From Candidatus Nanopelagicaceae bacterium (GTDB lineage Bacteria > Actinomycetota > Actinomycetes > Nanopelagicales > Nanopelagicaceae): 51,150 bases of DNA. Shown one piece after another: positions 1 through 11,593 of the stretch. The position numbers and the translations under genes were made by a program. Within the stretch, counting starts at the first letter, position 1; each line of letters begins with the position of its first letter. The DNA lies in the NCBI GenBank assembly GCA_044344975.1, contig JBIJBY010000001.1, forward strand, positions 1 to 51,150, in the 5' to 3' direction. The notes under the pieces were generated by a model. That model was not told the origin of the DNA, ran no database searches, and saw only the letters and a list, made by a program, of their open reading frames with translations.

Positions 1-2
1 CC

Positions 3-1055
3 GGGCGAATTCACGGCGCCGAATACTCGCTACTTGATTACAACCGCGCTGGCATCCCACTCGTCGAAATTGTTACCAAAATAGTTTCAGGAACAGGGAA
101 GTACGCCCCCGAAGTAGCAAAGGCATACGTGAAAGAGCTACGCGATATTTTGCGCTCGCTTGGCGTAAGCGATGTGAAGATGGAGCAAGGCTCACTTCGC
201 TGCGATGCTAACGTCTCGCTCGCACCAATTGGTTCAGGAAAACTAGGTACACGTAGCGAGACAAAGAATGTGAATTCACTTAGATCTGTCGAGCGCGCAG
301 TCCGTGGTGAAATGATTCGCCATGCCGGGCTTCTAGATAGAGGGGAGCGCGTCATTCAAGAGACGCGCCACTTCCAAGAAGATTCTGGAACCACTCGATC
401 GGGACGTTCCAAAGAGCAGGCCGAGGATTATCGCTACTTCCCAGAGCCAGACCTCACGCCAGTTGCACCGGCAGCAGAGTGGATTGAGAAGTTGCGGAGC
501 GAGTTACCAGAGAAGCCATCACTTCGACGCGCACGTCTGCAATCGCTCTGGCAGGTCCCGGATAAAGAGATGGCAGCGCTCGTTAATGCAGGGGCTGTCG
601 ATCTAGTAGAAGAAACTGTTGCGCTAGGCGCCGACCCAACGCGAGCGCGTGGTTGGTGGCTCGGTGAAATCTCTCGTCTAGCAAACGAAGCAGAGTTAGA
701 GCTCACCAGCATCGGCATTTCTCCAAAAGATGTTGCTCGTATCATCGAGTTAATTAACAGTGGCGAACTCACAGACAAATTAGCGCGCCAGGTTGTCGGA
801 GCAGTAATTGCCGGAGAAGGTGATCCAGATGCGGTAATTGCAACTAAGGGAATCAAAGTTGTCTCTGATGAGAGCGCATTGATTGCAGCTATTGAAAAGG
901 CAATCGCCGCGCAGCCAGAGACGGCAGAGAAAGTTCGCAATGGACATGTACCAGCAGCAGGGGCATTGATTGGCGCAGTAATGAAAGAGACTAAAGGCCA
1001 AGCAGATGCTGCGCGAGTTCGCGAGCTTCTCCTTGGCCTATTAGGTCAGGGTTAA
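3..1055 (+). CDS. gatB: Asp-tRNA(Asn)/Glu-tRNA(Gln) amidotransferase subunit B (5'-truncated by window)
   Basis: Frame is open from position 3 ([25 protein letters not shown]). Motifs [17 protein letters not shown] and [10 protein letters not shown], plus a C-terminal YqeY-like domain. Confidence 0.97.
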   Translation, partial: GRIHGAEYSLLDYNRAGIPLVEIVTKIVSGTGKYAPEVAKAYVKELRDILRSLGVSDVKMEQGSLRCDANVSLAPIGSGKLGTRSETKNVNSLRSVERAVRGEMIRHAGLLDRGERVIQETRHFQEDSGTTRSGRSKEQAEDYRYFPEPDLTPVAPAAEWIEKLRSELPEKPSLRRARLQSLWQVPDKEMAALVNAGAVDLVEETVALGADPTRARGWWLGEISRLANEAELELTSIGISPKDVARIIELINSGELTDKLARQVVGAVIAGEGDPDAVIATKGIKVVSDESALIAAIEKAIAAQPETAEKVRNGHVPAAGALIGAVMKETKGQADAARVRELLLGLLGQG

Positions 1056-1066
1056 TCAACTTCCCT

Positions 1067-2515
1067 TTAGTGAACTACTGCGCCTTCTGTTTCAACGACT
1101 GCCTCTTTACCAATATTGATAAAGAGCCCTAACACAATTGCGCCAACAACAAGGAGCGCTGCGCTAACGGTGAAAGCAATAGTAAATCCGTGCGTTAGCC
1201 CAAATGTTGGTAACTTATCTGGATTGCTTGCCATATAAGAGGTGGCAGCAGTTGCTGCAACAGTGTTAAGTAACGCGGTACCAAGTGATCCACCCACTTG
1301 TTGGCTGGTATTGATGAGCGCGCTTGCGATACCAGCATCTCGATTGCCAACGCCATGGAGAGCTGTAGTAGAGATTGGAATGAAGACCAACGCCATGCCG
1401 CTACTCATAATCAAAAGCGATGGCAGCACGTGGGTTACATAAGATGTCTCGGGAGTTATCTGTGTCATAAGCAGTAAGCCCACCGCTGCGGCGAGTAGCC
1501 CTGGAACCATGAGGGGACGTGGCCCAACTTTTGGTAGTAACTGCGAAGCGATTCCTGCAAAGATGATGATTCCAGCGGTAAACGGCAAGAAGGCCAGACC
1601 AGATTTCAGCGGTGAATATCCCAAAACGGTTTGGAGGTAGATTCCAAGAAAGAGGAACATAGAGAAGAGACCAGCTCCCACCACAAGCGACCCAAGATAA
1701 GAGCCACCACGATTTCGCTCACTGATAACGCGAAGCGGCATCAGTGGGTTCTTCACTTTCTTTTCGATAACAAAGAATGCGACAAGAAGTACAAGTGATG
1801 AAATCAAGAAAACGATAGTGATTGTTGCAGACCAACCCTTTGTTGCTGCTTCATTAAATCCGTAGACAAGTGCAAAGAGGCCCGCACAAGCAGTTAACGT
1901 GCCGGGTATGTCGTAGCTATGGTCGCCGCCAGCTTTTGACTCGTGTACATACTTAAATGCAAGTAAGCCAGCAACGAGAGCGATTGGCGTATTTACCCCA
2001 AGACACCAGCGCCAAGAGAAATATTCAGTTAGCGCGCCACCAAGTATGAGGCCAATAGCCGCGCCACCACCGGAAATCGCACCATAAACTCCAAAGGCAC
2101 GTGCGCGCTCTTTTGGATCGGTAAAAGTAACGCTCACAATAGAGAGCGCAGCTGGTGCAAGAAGCGCACCGAAGACACCTTGTAATCCACGAGCTGCGAA
2201 GAGTAAGCCTTGGGTAGATGCGATGCCACCAAGGGCAGATGCCGCGGCAAACCCAAGCAGTCCAACAATGAAGATTTTCTTCCGTCCGACAAAGTCTGCG
2301 ATCCGCCCACCGAGTAAGAGCAGCGATCCGAATGCAAGGGTATAGGCAGTAACAACCCACTGTTGATTTGCATCTGTGATGCCAAGTTCAGCTTTAGCGC
2401 TAGGAATAGCGATATTGACGATAGAGGCATCGAGTACCACCATCAATTGAGCGATAGCGATAACAAAGAGGGTGCGCCATCTATCAGGGGCAGGGATAGC
2501 AAGATTCTGATTCAT
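1067..2515 (-). CDS. MFS transporter, DHA2 (14-TMS EmrB/QacA-like) family
   Basis: LMVVLDASIVNIAIP (DHA2 motif), GGRIADFVGRK (motif A), about 14 hydrophobic segments, GGAG SD upstream. Confidence 0.9.
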   Translation of the reverse strand: MNQNLAIPAPDRWRTLFVIAIAQLMVVLDASIVNIAIPSAKAELGITDANQQWVVTAYTLAFGSLLLLGGRIADFVGRKKIFIVGLLGFAAASALGGIASTQGLLFAARGLQGVFGALLAPAALSIVSVTFTDPKERARAFGVYGAISGGGAAIGLILGGALTEYFSWRWCLGVNTPIALVAGLLAFKYVHESKAGGDHSYDIPGTLTACAGLFALVYGFNEAATKGWSATITIVFLISSLVLLVAFFVIEKKVKNPLMPLRVISERNRGGSYLGSLVVGAGLFSMFLFLGIYLQTVLGYSPLKSGLAFLPFTAGIIIFAGIASQLLPKVGPRPLMVPGLLAAAVGLLLMTQITPETSYVTHVLPSLLIMSSGMALVFIPISTTALHGVGNRDAGIASALINTSQQVGGSLGTALLNTVAATAATSYMASNPDKLPTFGLTHGFTIAFTVSAALLVVGAIVLGLFINIGKEAVVETEGAVVH

Positions 2516-2624
2516 TTCACTCCATATTTTTTCTCAAGTAAATCCCAGGGGGATTCAGGAAGGCCGAGCGCCAAGACCTTTACGGTAACAGCGTCGAGGT
2601 TGGCATTCTTGGAGACATCCCACG

Positions 2625-2630
2625 TAATAT
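2625..2630 (+). promoter_or_regulatory. Putative -10 box for a leaderless ilvD transcript
   Basis: TAATAT followed by 6 nt and then ATG 2637, with no SD. Confidence 0.55.
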
Positions 2631-2636
2631 CGCCTT

Positions 2637-4349
2637 ATGGCGAAGAACACAGGGGAGAGCTCCTCACAAAATACTCGTAATCCAATGAAGCCGCGCTCTG
2701 GCACCGTTACAGATGGCATTGAGCGCGCACCAGCTCGCGGCATGCTCCGTGCTGTCGGAATGGGCGATGCGGATTGGGTCAAGCCGCAGATCGGCATTGC
2801 ATCTTCGTGGAATGAGATCACTCCTTGCAATCTTTCGCTCGATCGTCTTGCTAAGGCATCGAAAGAAGGCGTACATGAAGCTGGTGGTTTCCCTCTTCAA
2901 TTCGGGACTATCTCAGTCTCAGATGGCATCTCAATGGGCCATGAGGGTATGCACTTTTCATTGGTCTCACGTGAAGTAATTGCAGACTCAGTAGAAACTG
3001 TGATGCAGGCAGAGCGACTTGATGGCATGGTGATGTTTGCAGGTTGCGACAAGTCACTTCCAGGAATGATGATGTCTGCTGCGCGATTAGATATTGCTTC
3101 AGTATTTGTCTACGCAGGTTCAACTCTTCCAGGAAATGTCGATGGTAAAGATGTCACGATCATCGATGCATTTGAAGCGGTTGGCGCATGTGCGCGTGGA
3201 TTAATCTCGAAAGAACAGGTAGATCGAATTGAGCGCGCAATCTGTCCTGGTGAAGGCGCTTGTGGCGGAATGTATACCGCAAACACGATGGCATCAATTG
3301 GAGAAGCTATCGGTCTCTCACTCCCTGGCTCTGCAGCTCCGCCAGCGGTAGATCGTCGTCGCGATGACTACGCGAGAAAATCTGGAGTCGCAGTTGTTGA
3401 GCTGATCCGACAAGGAATTACCGCTCGCGATATTTTGACGAAGCAAGCATTTGAAAATGCCATCACAATCTTGATGGCGCTCGGTGGCTCTACTAATGCG
3501 GTTTTGCACTTATTGGCGCTTGCTCATGAAGCAGATGTTGCCTTGGAGTTAGAAGATTTCCATCGCATCGGTTCTAAAGTTCCGTTACTCGGCGATCTCA
3601 AACCATTCGGCCGTTACGTAATGAGCGATGTTGATAAAGTTGGTGGAGTTCCAGTAGTACTGCGCTCACTTCTTGATGCGAAGTTATTACATGGTGACAC
3701 CTTGACGGTCACGGGCAAGACAATGGCCGAAAACTTGGCGCATATCTCACCGCCAGATCCTGATGGTGAGATTCTTCGTGCGACTAAAAATCCGATGGAT
3801 GTAACAGGTGGCATCACTATTTTGCATGGTTCACTTGCACCAGAGGGCGCGGTAACAAAGACTGCCGGAATTGGCATAGAAACATTCGAGGGTCCAGCGC
3901 GAGTGTTTGAACGAGAGCGCGAAGCTATGGATGCCCTTGAGGATGGCACTATTCAAGCCGGCGACGTCGTTGTCATTCGCTACGAGGGACCAAAGGGTGG
4001 TCCTGGGATGCGTGAAATGTTGATGATCACCGGAGCCATTAAGGGCGCAGGCTTGGGTAAGACGACCATGCTCCTCACCGATGGACGTTTCTCAGGAGGC
4101 TCCACCGGACTCTGTGTGGGACACATTGCTCCAGAAGCGGTCGATGGTGGACCAATTGCCTTCATCCGAAATGGCGACACCATCCGGATTAACACGAAAA
4201 CCCGAGAGCTAGACCTGCTCGTCTCAGAGGCTGAGTTGGCTCAACGGAAGAAGGGGTGGCAGCCTCTCTCCCATCGCTATACCCGTGGCGTGCTTGCCAA
4301 GTACAGCAAACTGGTCGGGTCGGCCTCCAAGGGCGCAGTCTGCGACTAA
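2637..4349 (+). CDS. ilvD: Dihydroxy-acid dehydratase
   Basis: [51 protein letters not shown]. Confidence 0.97.
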   Translation: MAKNTGESSSQNTRNPMKPRSGTVTDGIERAPARGMLRAVGMGDADWVKPQIGIASSWNEITPCNLSLDRLAKASKEGVHEAGGFPLQFGTISVSDGISMGHEGMHFSLVSREVIADSVETVMQAERLDGMVMFAGCDKSLPGMMMSAARLDIASVFVYAGSTLPGNVDGKDVTIIDAFEAVGACARGLISKEQVDRIERAICPGEGACGGMYTANTMASIGEAIGLSLPGSAAPPAVDRRRDDYARKSGVAVVELIRQGITARDILTKQAFENAITILMALGGSTNAVLHLLALAHEADVALELEDFHRIGSKVPLLGDLKPFGRYVMSDVDKVGGVPVVLRSLLDAKLLHGDTLTVTGKTMAENLAHISPPDPDGEILRATKNPMDVTGGITILHGSLAPEGAVTKTAGIGIETFEGPARVFEREREAMDALEDGTIQAGDVVVIRYEGPKGGPGMREMLMITGAIKGAGLGKTTMLLTDGRFSGGSTGLCVGHIAPEAVDGGPIAFIRNGDTIRINTKTRELDLLVSEAELAQRKKGWQPLSHRYTRGVLAKYSKLVGSASKGAVCD

Positions 4350-4398
4350 TCTCACGCTCAATCAGGCGTGCAGGGCAGTTCTGGGGGTCAAGTAGGGG

Positions 4399-4428
4399 TT
4401 GACGCTTCCACCTGATGCCAGGGAGAAT
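4399..4428 (+). promoter_or_regulatory. Sigma70/HrdB-type promoter of the ilvB leader
   Basis: TTGACG (4399-4404), 18-bp spacer, GAGAAT (4423-4428), then 6 nt to ATG 4435. Confidence 0.7.
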
Positions 4429-4434
4429 AAGGGC

Positions 4435-4479
4435 ATGGCAACCGCCTCAATTATTGTGGTTATGGAGCGCGCGATCTAG
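4435..4479 (+). CDS. ilvB operon leader (attenuator) peptide MATASIIVVMERAI
   Basis: Leaderless 14-codon ORF with an Ile-Ile-Val-Val run, followed by alternative hairpins upstream of ilvB. This is the known actinobacterial ilvB attenuator layout. Confidence 0.82.
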   Translation: MATASIIVVMERAI

Positions 4480-4500
4480 CGTCAATACAGATCGTGCGCC

Positions 4501-4530
4501 ATCCCTCAGTGGAATCACTGAGGGATTTCG
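4501..4530 (+). terminator. Attenuator terminator hairpin
   Basis: Perfect 11-bp stem ATCCCTCAGTG-GAAT-CACTGAGGGAT with a short U tail. Confidence 0.78.
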
Positions 4531-4551
4531 CATTAGTAGGGAGTAAAAATT

Positions 4552-6291
4552 ATGGCCGAGGAGATGACTGGCGCGCAGAGCTTGATCCGTTCATTGGAGC
4601 TTGCCGGCGTGGATGTCATGTTCGGCATTCCTGGTGGAGCAATCCTTCCTGCCTACGACCCAATTTACGACAGCAAGATCAGGCACATTCTTGTTCGACA
4701 TGAACAGGGAGCGGGCCACGCAGCCACTGGCTACGCGCAAGCAACTGGTCGAGTAGGAACTTGTATCGCAACATCTGGTCCGGGTGCAACGAATCTTGTG
4801 ACACCAATTGCCGATGCGCAGATGGATTCAGTTCCTCTAGTTGCAATCACCGGTCAGGTTCCTTCGAGCGCAATCGGTACGGATGCCTTTCAAGAGGCAG
4901 ATATCCGTGGCATCACCATGCCAATTACTAAACATAATTATTTGGTTACTCGTGCTGCAGATATACCTCGTGCAGTTGCTGAGGCGTATCACATTGCAGC
5001 AAGTGGCAGACCTGGAGCAGTTCTAGTTGATGTGGCAAAGGATGCTCTCCAAGAAAAAGTAACCTTTGAATGGCCGAAGGATATTGACCTTCCCGGCTAT
5101 CGGGATCACTCTCAGCCAGTCTCACAAGCGATTCGTGATGCTGCTGCTCTCATTGCACAGTCGGTTCGACCGGTCTTATATGTTGGTGGCGGGGTCATTA
5201 AAGCAAATGCAAGTAGAGAACTACTTGCGCTCGCCGAAGTTATCGGCGCACCAGTTGTTACCACACTCATGGCGCGCGGCGCATTTCCAGATAGCCATCA
5301 GCTACATGTTGGCATGCCAGGAATGCACGGGAGCGTCGCTGCAGTTACCTCATTACAAAAAGCAGATTTGCTTATTACTCTCGGCGCACGTTTTGATGAT
5401 CGTGTCACTGGAAAACTCTCCACATTTGCACCTGGCGCGAAAGTTATCCATGCAGATATTGACCCTGCAGAAATCGGCAAGAATCGCCATGCTGATGTGC
5501 CTGTTATTGGCGATGTTCGCTTAACGATGGCGCAATTACTTCCCGCCGTTAAAGCTGAGTTTGCAAAGAGTCAGCCTGATCTCACTCCATGGTGGAAGCA
5601 GGTCGAGGGTTGGCGCACCACCTATCCAGTTGGATATGACGTGCCCAACGATGGTTCACTCTCACCGCAATATGTCATCGAACGACTCGGCAAAATTTCT
5701 GACCCCAATACGATTTACACTGCAGGTGTTGGGCAACATCAGATGTGGGCATCCCAATTCATCAGTTATGAAAAACCACGCACCTGGCTCAACTCTGGCG
5801 GACTTGGCACGATGGGTTATGCAGTACCAGCCGCAATGGGCGCGAAGGTTGGCGCACCGGATACCACTGTGTGGGCAATTGATGGTGATGGGTGCTTCCA
5901 AATGACCAATCAGGAACTAGTTACCTGCGCAATTAACAATATCCCTATCAAGGTTGCGTTGATTAACAACGAGAGTTTAGGAATGGTTCGCCAATGGCAG
6001 ACCCTGTTCTACAACCAACGCTACTCAAATACCGACCTGCACTCTAAGCGCGTGCCAGATTTCGCCAAGCTTGCCGATGCAATGGGTTGCATAGGTCTTC
6101 GCTGCGAACGACCTGAAGATGTTGATAAGACCATCGAAGCTGCGATGGCAATTAATGATCAACCGGTTGTTGTCGACTTCAATGTTTTCCGAGATGCGAT
6201 GGTATGGCCAATGGTTGCGGCAGGAACATCAAATGATGACATCATGATTGCGCGTGAATTGGCGCCTGACTGGGATTCACAGGAGCTCTAA
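4552..6291 (+). CDS. ilvB: Acetolactate synthase large subunit
   Basis: [36 protein letters not shown] and the TPP motif GDGCFQM..NN. Confidence 0.97.
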   Translation: MAEEMTGAQSLIRSLELAGVDVMFGIPGGAILPAYDPIYDSKIRHILVRHEQGAGHAATGYAQATGRVGTCIATSGPGATNLVTPIADAQMDSVPLVAITGQVPSSAIGTDAFQEADIRGITMPITKHNYLVTRAADIPRAVAEAYHIAASGRPGAVLVDVAKDALQEKVTFEWPKDIDLPGYRDHSQPVSQAIRDAAALIAQSVRPVLYVGGGVIKANASRELLALAEVIGAPVVTTLMARGAFPDSHQLHVGMPGMHGSVAAVTSLQKADLLITLGARFDDRVTGKLSTFAPGAKVIHADIDPAEIGKNRHADVPVIGDVRLTMAQLLPAVKAEFAKSQPDLTPWWKQVEGWRTTYPVGYDVPNDGSLSPQYVIERLGKISDPNTIYTAGVGQHQMWASQFISYEKPRTWLNSGGLGTMGYAVPAAMGAKVGAPDTTVWAIDGDGCFQMTNQELVTCAINNIPIKVALINNESLGMVRQWQTLFYNQRYSNTDLHSKRVPDFAKLADAMGCIGLRCERPEDVDKTIEAAMAINDQPVVVDFNVFRDAMVWPMVAAGTSNDDIMIARELAPDWDSQEL

Positions 6292-6782
6292 TGAAGACAC
6301 ATACCCTCTCCGTACTTGTAGAGAATCAAGCGGGCGTACTCGCTCGCGTCTCTTCACTCTTCTCGCGCCGCGGATACAACATCGAGGCTCTCTCAGTGGG
6401 GCCGACAGAGAATCCGGAAATTTCTCGGATCACTATCTCCGTCAATGTCGAAGGGCATGCGCTCGATCAGGTGATTCAACAGCTCGATAAGTTAGTCAAT
6501 GTCATTGACATCATCGAACTTCCAGCGAGCACATCTCACCAGGTGGAACTCATCTTGGTCCGGGTGGCTCTTACTAACGGTGCTGGTGACCAGAGAAAGA
6601 TTGAGGCTGTTCTGGAAAAGTATGGGGCGCTCGTGGTGGAAACCACAGCCCAATCTCTAACTATCCAGCAGACCGCTAAACCAGCCGATATTGAGGCTCT
6701 CATTGGCGAACTCACCCCGTTCGGAATTATGGAATTAACCCAGTCGGGAGTAGTCGCAATGGGGCGTACGATTAAGGCCTAA
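6291..6782 (+). CDS. ilvN: Acetolactate synthase small regulatory subunit
   Basis: ACT domain LSVLVENQAGVLARVSSLFSRRGYNIE; TAATG coupling with ilvB. Confidence 0.94.
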   Translation: MKTHTLSVLVENQAGVLARVSSLFSRRGYNIEALSVGPTENPEISRITISVNVEGHALDQVIQQLDKLVNVIDIIELPASTSHQVELILVRVALTNGAGDQRKIEAVLEKYGALVVETTAQSLTIQQTAKPADIEALIGELTPFGIMELTQSGVVAMGRTIKA

Positions 6783-6793
6783 TTTTCAACAAT

Positions 6794-7870
<1,077 letters not shown>

Positions 7871-7871
<1 letters not shown>

Positions 7872-9457
7872 TGAGCAAACCAGTCGTTCTCATCGCTGAA
7901 GAGTTAAGTCCGGCGACCCTCGAAGCGCTGGGACCTGACTTTGAAGTGCGCAATTGCAATGGCGCTGATCGCACCGAGCTTCTTGCTGAATTAGCAAAGG
8001 GCGTTTCGGCGGTTCTGATTCGCTCTGCCACCAAGATGGATAGCGAAGCAATTGGAGCAGCTAAAGGTTTAAAGGTCATCGCACGCGCAGGCGTGGGGCT
8101 CGATAACGTCGATGTTCCAGCAGCAACTGCTGCTGGTGTCATGGTTGTCAATGCTCCTACTTCAAATATCGTCAGCGCTGCAGAGTTAGCAATCGCGCTA
8201 ATTCTTGCGAGCGCTCGATTTATTTCGCCCGCGCATGCTGCTCTTCGTATTGGTAAGTGGGCTCGTTCGAAGTTCACCGGAGCTGAGTTGTTTGAGAAAA
8301 CTCTTGGCATTGTTGGATTTGGTCGAATTGGGCAACTTGTTGCTCATCGCATGCAAGCTTTTGGTATGAAAGTGATTGCCTACGATCCCTATTTACAGCC
8401 AGCGCGCGCCGCACAGCTTGATGTCCGACTTGTTGATCTCGACACTTTGCTCGCTGAGAGTGATTTCATCACCATCCACTTGCCAAAAACAAAAGAGACC
8501 GCAAACCTCATTGGCACTGAAGCGCTTAAGAAAGTGAAGCCTTCGGTTCGTATTATCAATGCAGCACGTGGTGGCGTTTTGGATGAGGAAGCGTTATACG
8601 AAGCGCTCAAGACTGGAAAGGTTGCCGGCGCTGGACTAGATGTTTTTTCCACTGAACCATGCACTGATTCACCTTTATTCACTCTCGATAATGTTGTTGC
8701 CACTCCACATTTAGGAGCATCAACAGATGAGGCGCAGGAGCGTGCGGGAATCGCTGTTGCGATCTCAGTTCGCAAAGCTCTGGCTGGGGAGCTTGTGCCG
8801 GATGCAGTCAACGTTAAAGGTGGCGCAATTGCAGAAGATGTTCGACCTGCGCTGCCACTTGTTGAGAAATTAGCACAGGTGCTCTTTGCCATTGCTGGCG
8901 AGTCACCAGTCTCTGTTGATGTTGAGGTGCGTGGTGAGATTGCCACCGAAGATTGTTCTGTCCTTGCAACAAGTGCGCTCCGTGGCATCTTGAGCGCATC
9001 GGGCGTCAACGATGTCACTTATGTCAATGCACCCTCGCTTTCACAAGAGCGTGGCATCACCGCTGCAGTAACTACTACTGGAGATAGCCCAGCCCACCGC
9101 AATATGGTCTATATATCTGGTGCGTTATCCAGTGGCGAACGAGTTTCAGTTGCCGGCACGCTCATGGGTATTAAGCGCGTTGAAAAAATCGTGGAGATTG
9201 ATGGCCTTGATGTCGATGTAGCTTTTTCAGATCACCTACTTTTCCTTCGCTATACCGATCGTCCTGGCGTTGTTGGGGCTGTTGGTAATGCGCTAGGAGC
9301 GCTCGGAATAAATATCGCAGGCATGCAAGTTGCCCGTAACCAACGTGGAGGAGAAGCACTAATGGTCCTAACAGTTGATTCGGCTATCCCAGCCGACGTC
9401 CTTGCCAAGGTAGCGAAGGAAACTTCTGCAACCGCTCGATTTGTGACGTTGGTGTAA
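7871..9457 (+). CDS. serA: D-3-phosphoglycerate dehydrogenase (long form with ACT domain)
   Basis: [31 protein letters not shown] and C-terminal [10 protein letters not shown] domain. Confidence 0.96.
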
Positions 9458-9459
9458 CT

Positions 9460-10494
9460 ATGGCTAACGCACAGAAGATTGCAGTTGTTGGTGGCGATGG
9501 AATTGGTCCTGATGTCATCAACGAGGGGCTAAAAGTTCTCGATGTTGTTTCAAAGAAACATGGCCTCAAATTTGAAACTACTAATTTCAATTTAGGTGCT
9601 GCTCATTTTCATAAGACTGGTGAGGTCCTCCACGACTCCACAATGGCCGAGATTGCGAAGCACGATGCAATTTTCCTTGGCGCTGTTGGCGACCCAACAG
9701 TACAAAGTGGCGTTCTCGAGCGCGGGTTATTGCTTAAGATGCGCTTTGCCTTTGATCAATATGTAAATCTTCGCCCTGCAAAGCTCTATCCAGGAGTCAA
9801 CTCACCACTTGCAACTAAAGACCCGATTGATTTTCTCGTTGTCCGTGAAGGTACTGAAGGTCCGTACTCCGGCGCCGGTGGATCGCTTGCTGTGAAGACA
9901 CCACGTGAGGTTGCTACCGAAGTGAGTATCAATACTCGCTCTGGCGTTGAGCGCGTAATTCGTTACGCATTCGAACTCTGCATTGCTCGTGGGCGCAAGA
10001 AAGTCACGATGGTTCACAAAGACAACATCATGTTGCACTCAGGTGCCCTCTGGAAGCGTACTTTCGATGAGGTAAAGAAGGATTATCCAAATATTCCAAC
10101 TGATTACTTCCACGTTGATGCGGCTGCGATGTTCTTTGTTACCGATCCAGCCCGTTTTGATGTCGTCGTGACCGATAACCTCTTCGGAGATATCCTCACT
10201 GACATCTCTGCAGCTATTACCGGTGGAATCGGCTTGGCATGCTCAGGAAATATCAGTCCAGATCCAAAATTCCCATCAATGTTTGAGCCAGTTCATGGTT
10301 CTGCTCCTGATATCGCGGGTAAGAACATCGCTGATCCAACAGCGACGATTCTCTCCCTTGCGATGATGCTTGAGCACCTGGGACATCCTCAAGCTGCAGC
10401 AGAGGTGAACGCTGCTGTTGCGAAGGACTTGGCATCACGTAAGCCAGGTCGCTCTACGACAGATATCGGCTCTGCAATCGCGGCGCTGATCTAA
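9460..10494 (+). CDS. leuB: 3-isopropylmalate dehydrogenase (actinobacterial type)
   Basis: [40 protein letters not shown]. Confidence 0.94.
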   Translation: MANAQKIAVVGGDGIGPDVINEGLKVLDVVSKKHGLKFETTNFNLGAAHFHKTGEVLHDSTMAEIAKHDAIFLGAVGDPTVQSGVLERGLLLKMRFAFDQYVNLRPAKLYPGVNSPLATKDPIDFLVVREGTEGPYSGAGGSLAVKTPREVATEVSINTRSGVERVIRYAFELCIARGRKKVTMVHKDNIMLHSGALWKRTFDEVKKDYPNIPTDYFHVDAAAMFFVTDPARFDVVVTDNLFGDILTDISAAITGGIGLACSGNISPDPKFPSMFEPVHGSAPDIAGKNIADPTATILSLAMMLEHLGHPQAAAEVNAAVAKDLASRKPGRSTTDIGSAIAALI

Positions 10495-10507
10495 AGAAGG
10501 ATGCACC

Positions 10508-11593
10508 ATGAAGATTGAACTAAAGCCAAGCGCAACACCCGTTCCCGATGCTGTTCGCACGGAGCGAGTTGCTGCGCCTGGCTTTGGTAAGTACTACACC
10601 GACAACATGGTCGTTGCCCATTGGAGCGAGGCTGATGGATGGAGCAATGCGCAGTTAACTCCGTATGCGCCAATTACGCTCGATCCGGCAACTGCAGTTT
10701 TTCATTATGGACAAGAAATATTTGAAGGTCTTAAGGCATATCGCCAGGCAGATGGTGGCGTCTGCCTCTTTCGTCCAGAGGAGAATGGCGCGCGCTTTGC
10801 GCGGAGCGCGAAGCGGATGGCACTTCCAGAACTTTCTGTCGAAGATTTTGTTGCTACCGTCGAAGCCTTGGTCAAACAAGATGCAGGGTGGGTACCTAAT
10901 AAACCTGGTGAGTCGTTGTACTTACGTCCCTTCATGATCGCCTCCGAAGTGGGGTTGGGCGTTCGACCAAGTAATGCAGCGATGTATCTTTTGATTGCAA
11001 CGCCAGCCGCTGCATATTTCAATGCAGCAAAACCGGTTTCAGTCTGGATTTCAACCGAGTATGTGCGCGCAGCTCCTGGTGGAACTGGCGAAGCAAAATG
11101 CGGCGGTAACTACGCAGCTTCTCTTGTTGCGCAGAAAGCTGCAGCAAAAGAAGGTTGTGATCAAGTTGTTTGGCTTGATGCAGTGGAACGTAAGTGGATC
11201 GAAGAGATGGGCGGAATGAATCTCTTCTTTGTTAAGGGAACCGGTGATGATGCAACCATCTTCACTCCATCTCTAACTGGCACGCTTCTGCCAGGAATTA
11301 CTCGCTACTCACTTCTCACCGTTGCTAAAGATCTTGGATTTAAGGTCGAAGAGGGAATGCTCTCTGTCGATCAGTGGCGCGCAGGTGTCGCCAGCGGAGA
11401 GATTTCTGAAGTCTTCGCCTGTGGCACAGCAGCGGTGATCTCTGGAATCGGCGAGGCAAAGAGCGCACAAGGTAATTTCACAATCGGCGATGGCAAACCA
11501 GGTCCAATCACGATGAAGTTGCGCGAACATTTACTCGGTATTCAACACGGAACTGTTGCTGATAAGCACGGTTGGATGAAGCGCGTTCTCTAA
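10508..11593 (+). CDS. ilvE: Branched-chain amino acid aminotransferase
   Basis: HYGQEIFEGLKAY, LYLRPF, AKCGGNYA, EEMGGMN, LPGITR, CGTAA. Confidence 0.96.
   Translation: MKIELKPSATPVPDAVRTERVAAPGFGKYYTDNMVVAHWSEADGWSNAQLTPYAPITLDPATAVFHYGQEIFEGLKAYRQADGGVCLFRPEENGARFARSAKRMALPELSVEDFVATVEALVKQDAGWVPNKPGESLYLRPFMIASEVGLGVRPSNAAMYLLIATPAAAYFNAAKPVSVWISTEYVRAAPGGTGEAKCGGNYAASLVAQKAAAKEGCDQVVWLDAVERKWIEEMGGMNLFFVKGTGDDATIFTPSLTGTLLPGITRYSLLTVAKDLGFKVEEGMLSVDQWRAGVASGEISEVFACGTAAVISGIGEAKSAQGNFTIGDGKPGPITMKLREHLLGIQHGTVADKHGWMKRVL

Noticed and set aside
2516-2636. Hairpins in the MFS/ilvD divergent spacer as a riboswitch
   Set aside because: Only a 6-bp stem (AATCCC/GGGATT) and a loose imperfect repeat, with no recognisable aptamer. 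Compatible with ordinary divergent promoters.
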